A stretch of DNA of 32,057 nt from Dimargaris cristalligena (taxonomy: Eukaryota), in contig ML002429.1 in assembly GCA_003614675.1 (NCBI GenBank), positions 1 through 32,057 of the forward strand, written 5' to 3'. The notes under the pieces were generated by a model. That model had not been told where the DNA came from. It saw only the letters and a list, made by a program, of their open reading frames with translations, and searched no databases. This document shows positions 22,678 through 32,057 of the stretch, piece after piece. The translations under genes and the position numbers were made by a program. Within the stretch, counting starts at the first letter, position 1; each line of letters starts with the position of its first letter.

Positions 22678-25357
22678 TGGTTGAAAATATTTTGCTGTTG
22701 TGCTACATATATCATATATTTGTAGGTATTGTGTGTTTGAGACGTAATCTCTGTGGTTCCCAACAGCTAGTAGGCCGTAATAGTCACTCACCGATTTTTT
22801 TAGGAACCCCTGTGAGATTCTATTATCATATATATTTTTAGGGGGGATTAATCGATAAGGAGGCATGCACCCTTAAGAGCTGAGCTATCCAATATTTATA
22901 TGTATTATATTATTGTATTCGTGTATTTGCATATTCTAAACTACATTTATAATTATGTATGGTGTTTGATGTTCTAAAAGTAGCCACTGGGGTTATTATT
23001 ATTACTGTTGTAAATGTTTTTGCGATTTCTAAAATGTAATAAGTTTGTTTCAATTATCGCTATATCCCACCGTATTATAGTATGGCGAGTGTTTGTATAT
23101 TTTCTACTTTTTTTTTTTTGATCGTTGAGTAGTATTTCTGGGTAAGGGGCCCTTCATTATTGACAAGCCTCCTTTTCTACTGTATTCTACTAGGACCCTG
23201 GCTGATGAATATACCTCCTCATTTAGCCCAGTAAATTTAGTTTTTGTAAATGCATGCAGGCTTTTTTATTTGACGCTATAGTCTATGCTATCCAATATAT
23301 GTGCATTGGCTGCTCGTACTGTCCAATTGGCGACCAACTCTATACGGTCATAAACATGGGAGGGGGAGGGAGTACTTGCCAGAATCAGTATATATTTTTC
23401 AGGTGTTTTATGCATTAGTACCGATTTATGTTTTTATATTGTTGTTAATGGCATGACTAGAGAGGCTCGGGAGGCAGCTTCAGTAGATTGCATTTTGAAG
23501 GTATTCCAGGGTAACATTCCCGCCTAATTGGCGGTATTTGTATCGAGGATCGTCGTGGCCAGGAATTCCACAATCAGTCCCATTTTTCGATACCGATCCA
23601 GGCCGCTGGCATGGGGGGGGGGTGGTTCAATATAGTGCAGGACTGTGAATTTGGCCTGACTGGGGTAATGGCTATATGAGATAGTAAGCGGAATATTTAC
23701 TGCTATGCTATGGGTGTCCAGCTGTGAACCACCTTCCCCCCTGTTTACCATACATATGGGGTATAAGTCAGGGCCAGGTGGTACCATTACGAAGGACTAC
23801 TACTTCTACTTCCTCGGGATTGCCTTGCACTAGTCGTTGCCCTGCCCCTTTTCCCTTTGGCTTGAATCCTGCAAGTAGGCTTCCATTGGCTCGTACGATC
23901 GATGCTGGATATCAGCATTATCACATGCAAATTTTTAATTTGGACAGTGACGTGTGGGGATGGCCAGGGCAACAGAATATATAATACCCATGTTTCAACC
24001 ATCGGAGAAGGAAATCGACAGTTGGGTGGGTGGGGGGACCACTGGGAAGGTGGTGAAAAAGTGGGCTGACCTGGCTGGAATTCATTTCCCGGATGACCCT
24101 CTACACTATACCGCACCACACTGGTCAACGCGATGGGTGGGACCACACACAACAACAGTCCGGGTTGGTGTGATTGACCTGCAAGGGAAGATGCGTAGTA
24201 TCGACCAAGTAGGAGTAATAATATAGTATTCCCCTCCCCGTTACGTGTGGCACAGGGACAGTCACCAGTGAGGAGAGAGAGAGACAGGGCTGCGTTTCTA
24301 TGGGTGGGTAGAATATATACGTAGGTACGGAGTAACTCGGGTGGTTAAGTGGGCCCATTGGTTTTTCGGTTCAGGGAGAATACTATGGAGTGCTTCTTGA
24401 TTGAGCGGGGAAGTCTTCATTCAACTAACCACAGGCAATTCCTCCCCTCCTATTATAATAATATGGCAACGGCCTGTAATATAGTAGTATAACACAACAG
24501 GCCAAACGCCCAAATCGAAAAAACCTCCCATCTATTGGTCAGCCGCCATCGTATGATTCCAGCCATTTGATGTCGCGGCCTACCTACCTTGCGTCAGCTA
24601 GTCCACGACATCAAAGAGCACAAGCCAATCCAATTCCACCGTTTTTGCCATGGCTGACTATATGCTAATGCAGGATTCTTTTGGTTAGAATTCTTTGATT
24701 ACGGGTGCAATAAATAGCCGGGCCTTTCCTTCCCCCCTCACTTACTTCTCTGTTCTTCTTCTGTCCCTACACATACTATCTTCACCCCCTTCATTACTTC
24801 ATTGTTGTTGTTGGCTATTTCCTCCTGGTCAATTTTAGCGTGTTCGTCACCCATGCGCGTTTCACCACCGTCTCTTACGCCCCCTCTTCGGTCCTGCTGT
24901 GTGTGGCCATAAAACTGAATCAGCCCACTTTCCTTGTACACCCTATTATATCTCTCTTCCCGTATCAGCCCACTCTTGCCTACCATTTGGCTCTTCACTG
25001 AATGTATTTACTGTAACCCCACTTTATTATTCCCTCCGTTTATCCGTTTACTCTCTCACCCTCTATTCATCAATCACTTCCTCCACCAGGGCTGCGAACA
25101 AAACATTCTCCAATTAACATTAATATTAATATTCTTCTTGAACACCCACCGCACCTCCCGGGTTGATTAATAATTATCTACATTTTTGTTGACGTTTTTT
25201 CTTGAGTTAATTCTCATAAATTTTCCGACGTCCGTGTACTTGTTGTGCCTGCTTAATTGTATATAATTTAATCACTCTCATAGACCTTTCCGAGCCTTCT
25301 TTTTTTTTTCTTGCTACCCCACTATCGCCTATATCATCGTTCTGCGCCCCACACACC

Positions 25358-26248
25358 ATGGACGTGTTTCTGGAATACGTCGACTACTATGCCGCCGAGA
25401 GTGCCTACCGCTATCTGGCGGCCCACACCGCAGTGCCCTACCTGGAACCCACCAACCTCATTCGGCAGTTCATTACCCTAACCCTCGCCGTTGACTTGGG
25501 GGTTAATCTCCTTTATTTCACCGTGTCGCCCCTCTCCTACTACCTGGTGTTCGACCGCACTCTAGAACAGCACCCCAAGTTCCTCAAAAACCAAATTCGC
25601 CAGGAAATCATCGCTGCTACCAAGGCCTTCTTGCCCATGACCATACTGACCGTCCCCTGGTTTATGATGGAGGTCCACGGTTATTCGCGCCTCTACGAAA
25701 ATGTCTCCCTTTACGGCTGGCCCTATTTCTTCCTGACCATTCTCCTCTTCCTCCTCTTCACCGACTTTGGCGTCTACTGGATTCACCGGCTGTTGCACCA
25801 CCGCCTCATTTACGCCAAGGTCCATAAGCCCCACCACAAGTGGATCATTCCCACCCCCTTCGCCGCCTTCGCCTTTAATTACCTCGACGGTTACCTGCAG
25901 TCCGTGCCCTACCATTTAGCCGTTTTTGTGTTCCCCATCCACAAGTATCTCTATCTCGGCCTATTCGTCTTTGTTCAGCTGTGGACCGTTATGATCCACG
26001 ACGGCGAATACATGTCCACCAACCCCATCATCAACGGCTCAGCTCACCACACCGTCCACCACATCTACTTTAACTACAACTACGGCCAATATTTCACCCT
26101 TTGGGATCGCGTGTTTGGCTCCCACCGGTACCCGCCTCCCGAAGTTACCGACCGGGAATTGCGTAACTCCAAGTCTATCCAGAAGGACCAAGCTAAAGAT
26201 GTCGAGGATATGCTACCCACTCTGGAGCTCAAGTCCAAAGTCGCGTAA
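25358..26248 (+). CDS. ERG3: Sterol C5(6)-desaturase (lathosterol oxidase), 296 aa, intronless CDS
   Basis: His boxes HRLLH, HKPHHKW and HTVHH...NYNYGQY. It also has HPKFLKNQIRQEI and PTPFAAFAF..LDGYLQS, with strong C-ending codon bias. Confidence 0.96.
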   Translation: MDVFLEYVDYYAAESAYRYLAAHTAVPYLEPTNLIRQFITLTLAVDLGVNLLYFTVSPLSYYLVFDRTLEQHPKFLKNQIRQEIIAATKAFLPMTILTVPWFMMEVHGYSRLYENVSLYGWPYFFLTILLFLLFTDFGVYWIHRLLHHRLIYAKVHKPHHKWIIPTPFAAFAFNYLDGYLQSVPYHLAVFVFPIHKYLYLGLFVFVQLWTVMIHDGEYMSTNPIINGSAHHTVHHIYFNYNYGQYFTLWDRVFGSHRYPPPEVTDRELRNSKSIQKDQAKDVEDMLPTLELKSKVA

Positions 26249-27259
26249 AGTTGATGAGATTATATGATGTAGATCCCACTCCAATACTATTTTATTTCCG
26301 AGTTTCTATGCATCACCACTCCCCCTAACCGGTTGGTGCATCTGTAAATTTTATGATACCCTCATATTTTAGCCATCCTCCCCCCTACAAAGGTCCGCCC
26401 ATCACCTTTGGGGATTTTCCCCCTTCCTTTGTCAATTCTGCCTATTTTGGGAATTGCTTATTTGGGCCTCTGGGGATACTAGTTATTTATAGGATCTAAT
26501 GCTTCACTTATTCCTCGCTTTTAGCCACTTCCTGTTATACCAGTTATATTTCATTTTTGAAAACACTAATACCGACTCAACTACTACTACCCTAATAGAT
26601 CTTTTTGTATGCAACCAATTCTAAGCTAAAAGTATACATACATAAATATATAGATATATGAGTTGATGATTCTCAGGCGGTATATTGTGTCGTTGTCGAT
26701 ATAACTCACCCTCATATGGGTGAAATTCAGCCCAACTATATAAAGGTTGACATTATACATGTACAGGAGAATATATGGGAAATTTATTTTTAACTAATAA
26801 TATTGGCCCCATCCAATGGATTTTTTGTTATACAGCTTGGATGAACTTCTCCCATATTGACCTATCCGGTATAGCTAGCTTATATAAATGTGATTTGGTC
26901 CACAACGAAAGTAAATAGCTATCTATAATTAACCGAATGCCCCTAAAGGTCCTTGAATTATACTGAAGGGAGTCAAGACTTGGTGTACTACTATCACATT
27001 GCCTTGACTTATCTCACTACCAGGAAAGCTCAATCTGGTAATACGGACTTTGGGTATCAAAATACCATTATTCATGTGGTATTGTGACCACAGGGTTCAT
27101 ACTATATTAATTCTCCGAAGCATAACCGAACGCGGGAAATACATGAATTGTTACACTATTCGTCGCCATTCCGTTGTACCTGGCCTTCTCCCCAAGAGCA
27201 ACCGGGTTCAAGTTTATACTGTTGTCCCTTCTCTCAATTCCTTGTCGCATGTGAACGCC

Positions 27260-30158
27260 ATGGACTTCGATCGCCCGACCCACCCAGGCTCGTCAACAGC
27301 CACCCGGGATGCCCCCGATTCCATTCCGCCCAGTTCCTTCCTAACCCCCTTTAAAGCCACTCTGCTCGTGCTCGTTGACATTTACTGTAACCAGCCCCTT
27401 CTCCATGCCAGTTCCCGCGTCGTCACCCCACTCTTACCTTTCCTCATCCGGGCCATTCATACGCCATTCGCCCTACCCCGTTTAACCCTTGGCGCCATTG
27501 GCCAAACCCTCGCAACCATAAAGGTCGACACCGAGGCTAATCGTGGCCATGCTGCATTCAGCGATGACGAAGCCATGATGCCCTCCGGGGACAGTGGCTG
27601 GTCGGTAAAGGATCTTCTCTTCGATCGTTTAAGCGAATTGCGGAACAACGACGACTTTGAAACTTTCATTGTTGAAATGGAGGACATTATCCAGTTTCCC
27701 GGGGTCGAGTTGGAGTCCATGGAAGACCGAATGTACCTGCAAGATTCGAGTTTATTGGGCGTCTTTGTTCGACGCTGTTACTTGGCTTATAAACAACTCG
27801 AATTCCATGAAGCGGCGCTGTTCTTTGGGCAGTTCCAACGGTACGTCGCTATCGCTGCTGACGACGACGATAACGGCAGCGGAACTTGGGACGGAAATAC
27901 TACTGGTTCGAACCCCAAGGGGCTATCGGAGGAAATCACTTCAGCCCTCGAAGCCGAGACTTTCATTGACTCCTGCATTGAACGTCTGGCCATCCCAACG
28001 TTAGACGCCCTACCGGATCAGACCCTGGTTTTATTACAACGTTATCGAACAATGTTTCCCGATCTGGCCAAGGTCCATTATGCCAAGTAAGTCCTACCGA
28101 CTAAGCGATAGTGGTAGCCGCCTGGTCAGCCCCCTGGCCTGTTAGTATATAGGTCCAACCATGCCACATCGACCTAATGTTTATGTTTTTCACCAGACCC
28201 TACCATTCTCACCTTTCGCCCTATTTAATCCTGCCCCCCCCCCCCCCCCAATTGACCGGAATCTATCGGTAATAAGCTACCTGTACCATAAGCAGGCGGG
28301 TAATTACAATGAAGCGCTTCAGTTCCTACACCGGTATTTCGACTATACTGGGGCCATTGGCGAGCGCCGCCTGCACCAGTACGCCCTGCTCAGTCTAGCC
28401 AGTCTCGAGGCCCAATTCCACCACTATGACCAAGCCGCTCGCCTCATCCAGGAGGCTGTTGAGGTAGCCCGGGAGAACAAAGACCAGGCTTGCCTCAGTT
28501 ATGCCTCCAACTGGTTCTACCGGCTCATTGAGCTCCAGCCGGACCGGTTCCAAGGTCAGCGGGCCAATGAGCAGCAGTTGTTAGAATCATTAACCGGCAA
28601 AACCCGTCTACTCAATCTGCTGCACCTACAGTGCCTAAGTGAGCTCAATAAGGCTAAACGGGCCCTCGTGGCTGGCGAGAGTCCCGCCACCGTATTTTTG
28701 GCCCTCTTGCGCTGCGAACTACTACAACGCCAACACAGACTGCCCCATATTACCGGAACTTGCTATGCCCTCTGGGCGTCGGTCTGGCGCTCCTATGGCT
28801 TCTCGCACCTCGCGGTTCTCTATGCCCAATTACAGGTAGCCTATCACATTAGGGATGTGGCCAGCGGGGATGATGCCCTGTTAGGGTACTGCCAAATAGC
28901 CCAGCATTTAGGGGACGCGGACCAATGGGCGGCCCTTGCGGTGTTAAACGACCATATAGATACTATTCGGGACCCCACTTTAGATCGTGCTCGCTCGACA
29001 TGGTCCAATTGCTACCGCGAGCAAATGCTTCAGTCCCATGCCCTTCGTGGGGACTGGGATTCCGTGGGACGACTACTACCACTACTCCTGTTACAACCCG
29101 GCCAGACCAACGGGGACAGTACCACCGCCCAACAACCGCCTACCGGAGGAGACCCGGGCATTTCGAAGACCGCCCGCCTTGTCCAGGCTTGGCTGGATAT
29201 CCGGCGCGAGGACTATAGTGCGACCTTCCATCACCTCCAATCCCTCCTCCGGGTAACAGCGGAGCCGCCCAACCAGCGATCCCCGCCCCCGGTAGGATTA
29301 ACATTATCCCCCTTAGAAAAAGTGGGGGCGCTCCGACTCATGGGGGAGGGCCTGCTCGAAACCGGGGTCCCCGATGCCGCTTTGGCATACATTACCCAGG
29401 CCCGAGAGTTGAGTTCGACGGCCCAGTTTCGGGCCGACTATCTCGCTTGCTCTGTGCTCTTTATCCGGGCGTTGGTGGCTTTAAATTGGTCATCGTCGGC
29501 CTTTGATATGTGCAAGGCCTTGGTTAGCGAGGTAAAGTATCCTTTATATATTTATATAGCGGATTGAGGCTCAACTATGGGTAGTTTGCCTCGACCAGTA
29601 GAGAGGGTGGGGAAGGACTGGCGTTGGACTAATATCGATCCTGAACCTCGTGGATCAGCCTTTTCCAATACTTTAGAATGATTTACCATCAGCCCTTAAA
29701 GCATCCTGGAAAATACTAACACACTGCGCGCCCATTGTATAACCCGTTTCTCTGGTGGGTAATGTAAAACCTTTTCCACTGCTCGACCCTTGCCATAGAT
29801 TATGACCCACGGAACTCCATTTGTCCAGGGTACTTTTCTACGGGTATATAGCGAATGTCTACCCGAGGCAGCGGGTTCGGCAATAAAGTTGAGCCTCCTT
29901 CGTCAGGCCCACACCAGTAAGTGACCACACCTATATTTATTTATATTATTTGGTTTTTCAACTAGCCAACAGATTAATAAGGGAATGTATATTAAGACAG
30001 TGGTCGAATTAAAATGGGCTTCTAAGCACCTTCCTCCAATTATTATATTAATGAAATTATTGGAATGCTATATATTTTGTCCAACAGTTTTTGACCGCCT
30101 GGGGTGCACCAAGGAAAAGGCATCCGTCGGCCTATCAATACAAAACCTCGGCGACTAG
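27260..30158 (+). CDS. APC5: Anaphase-promoting complex subunit 5, 4 exons, about 756 aa
   Basis: Exons 27260-28086, 28277-29531, 29799-29916 and 30088-30158. Motifs are FLTPFKATLLVL, SLLGVFVRRCYLAYKQLEF and ALQFLHRYFDY...QYALLSLASLEAQFHH...IQEAVEVARENKDQACL, followed by a TPR-like C-terminus. Confidence 0.92.
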
Positions 30159-30584
30159 TGCGGTTTATTTAATACTATGTAATAAACTTCAATCACTAAT
30201 GTTAATAGTAATTTTGGGCAACTCAAAAAAATCCATTTAGTCAACCACTTGAATAGGGAAATTTCATAATATAAAACCACCTCGTGTTTTGTGAGCTATT
30301 TACCTAGATTTTATTGGTCTTTGGAACCATCGGGGGCATTTGATCAGGCAATATTGTGGTGATATTACATTGGGGGTTTGGTAGTATTGACAGTATACTG
30401 GGATTATGTGCAGAGGGTGTGGTCTGGAATGGATTGGGATGCTAGTTGACTAAATCCATGGCAAAATGGTCTATACTATAATAATGCATGAGTGGTATTC
30501 GACTTTCCATGCTTAATATTAAATGAGACATGGGAAATCGCTTGCGGAAGGACCAACCTTCCTCCAACTGTTACTACCTCTTGA

Positions 30585-30640
30585 TTTCCACATTTCCATA
30601 TTTCCACACATTTCCATATATCCACATATTCCCAATTCCA
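30585..30640. repeat. Degenerate TTTCCAYA(YA) tandem repeat
   Basis: tttccaca-tttccata-tttccacaca-tttccata-tatccacata-ttccca read directly. Confidence 0.6.
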
Positions 30641-31254
30641 CCTTCATCATTATCGTCCTACTATCCTATCAATTAGTAGGCAACTTCCAACATGCTTGGA
30701 AAAAACATGGCTAGCCTATTCACCTGCTTAGCCAATTTCATTTATTGGTTTATACCAAGACATCAAGAACATAAATTGATCCTTTATAACTACGCATGAT
30801 ACCTAATGGAATTAGATTTGGATTTGGCTATTCAGATTACCTGGAAAATCAGTCTCATCCAGTGAGCTCGAGAACTCCTGCCATGTGTCAAGTCCCTGGA
30901 TTTGGGTCTGAAACCTTGTGCTGAACACTAACCTAAGCTGGGCAGAATATGCCGAGTAGCAATAATATGGCGGTAATTGGTGTAAAATACAATTTAACTT
31001 GCTACAGCAAACACAATTTGGGTGTGTCATGATAACACACCACACAAACCGATGGATTCAGGTACGTCAAAACTTATAGTAATATTTTGCTTAATATGAT
31101 TGTACCTATTCTTCTACTTATATGTATACTTATCCTTATACCACCAGTTGCCCTAAACTAAAGTAGCTCGAAAACATTCATTAATATTTGTAATAATTTG
31201 GTATTGGTTTGTCAAGAGATTACTCAAAATTAAATAGCACTATAAATAAATGAT

Positions 31255-31525
31255 TACAACCAGGGGAAAGCCCTGCTTCTGTAGTATATATGTTCAAAAC
31301 CTTGGGCTTCTAGCCACTTTTAATGCCGAGTTATGGGTGTTTAAAAGTGACTGGTCCATTGAACCCCTTTTTCACACTGTTCAAGAAAATCAATATCAGC
31401 AATAGTGGTCAGAGGTGGGTATGTATAGTTGTATAAGCTAAGTTGGAGTATAGGTGGGTATGGGCTGATATTTGAATAATATATATTCATAGTTGATTTA
31501 GATGATAAAGTACATCATGCATAAT
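31255..31525 (-). pseudogene. Second, more mutated copy of the family C relic
   Basis: 31391-31416 matches 22113-22138 and about 31429-31525 matches about 22205-22305, with an internal deletion. The frame continues PLTTIADIDFLEQCEKGVQWTSHF*TPITRH*KWLEAQGFEHIYYRSRAFPW, again with TAA stops. Confidence 0.55.
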
Positions 31526-31901
31526 ATCCTATATCATCTCCTTTTCTGTTGGACCAATTATGTTAGTTTATAAGGGTACACTACATCCTTTAATACTAAC
31601 TGCTTAAAATGTTCCCAACTAACTATGATATTCAATAAAACTAACCAGCTAAAAATCATTAGAAAATGGACACCTTATAACTGGGGTCACATTTATAATT
31701 ATCTTACTCACCTGACTTTATCTATATTCTATTATCAACTATTCAGTCATTATATTGGCCCTTTTAATCTGACCTTATCCAGCCATAGTGATCATCCATC
31801 CTGACTAGGCTATTGTTATGATGGGCTGGTATTAAGGCCAGGTACCACAGGATAGACCAGACTTCAAAGGACAGGAATAAGTTTATTAGGATAAATATTA
31901 G

Positions 31902-32057
31902 TGTGGTGAACTTACCACATTTTTTACCTACTTTTAATTTTTATCTATTTTTCGCACTTATCGGAAGTACGCCCCTGACGAGTGAATGGGCCCCTGCCCC
32001 TGATGAGTATGGTCATTTTTCCTCCATTTTCATTATTATATTGTTTTTTCTATTATT
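31902..32057 (+). mobile_element. Repeat family B, right copy (runs off window end), inverted relative to 1-366
   Basis: TGTGGTGAACTTACCACATTTTTTACCTACTTTT...CCTCCATTTTCATTA aligns with the reverse complement of 221-366, with one 6-bp indel. It retains four CpGs, of which the left copy keeps only one. Confidence 0.7.

Noticed and set aside
24540-24640. CCAAT boxes and a TCGTAT sterol-response-like motif upstream of ERG3
   Set aside because: Such short motifs are expected by chance and cannot be supported without conservation data.
29537-29545. GTATCCTTT, a perfect U12 (minor spliceosome) donor consensus in APC5 intron 2
   Set aside because: It lies 5 nt inside the U2 donor GTAAAG (29532), so using it with the 29798 acceptor would shift the frame. 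There is no TCCTTAAC branch site near the acceptor. The U2 splice gives a sensible APC5 sequence (KALVSE|IMTHG).
30585-30640. Short repeat array considered as CRISPR-like or telomeric
   Set aside because: There are no unique spacers, the units are degenerate 8-10 nt, and the context is eukaryotic. It is a simple minisatellite.
1-32057. Whole window as one giant TIR transposon or Starship-like cargo element
   Set aside because: No transposase or tyrosine recombinase captain is visible, the cargo is core housekeeping genes plus a tRNA, and the two repeats differ in mutation load as independent insertions would.

Overview
Eukaryotic, intron-rich fungal genomic segment. The fungal call rests on the ERG3, CAB4 and OCA-family genes. 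An early-diverging (Zoopagomycota/Mucoromycota-like) lineage is inferred from the retained BABAM1/MERIT40 gene and is not proven. I could reconstruct eight protein genes by hand, six of them with frame-consistent GT-AG introns: BABAM1/MERIT40 (-), an OCA4/Siw14-family pseudophosphatase (+), coatomer delta (-), an orphan secreted protein (-), a RasGAP (-), phosphopantetheine adenylyltransferase CAB4 (+), intronless ERG3 (+) and APC5 (+). There is also a tRNA-Ser(GCU). Both ends of the window and the tRNA flank carry decayed repeats: a solo LTR with a 5-bp target-site duplication, a truncated sister LTR, an inverted pair of a second repeat at the two window ends, and two copies of a LINE-like ORF relic. 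The most striking signal is that all three repeat pairs differ mainly by C->T/G->A transitions, including many CpA/TpG->TpA and CpG->TpA changes. The relic ORF's stops are all TAA. This resembles RIP-type repeat-directed hypermutation, in a lineage where I do not know it to be established. All alignments and counts were done by eye.
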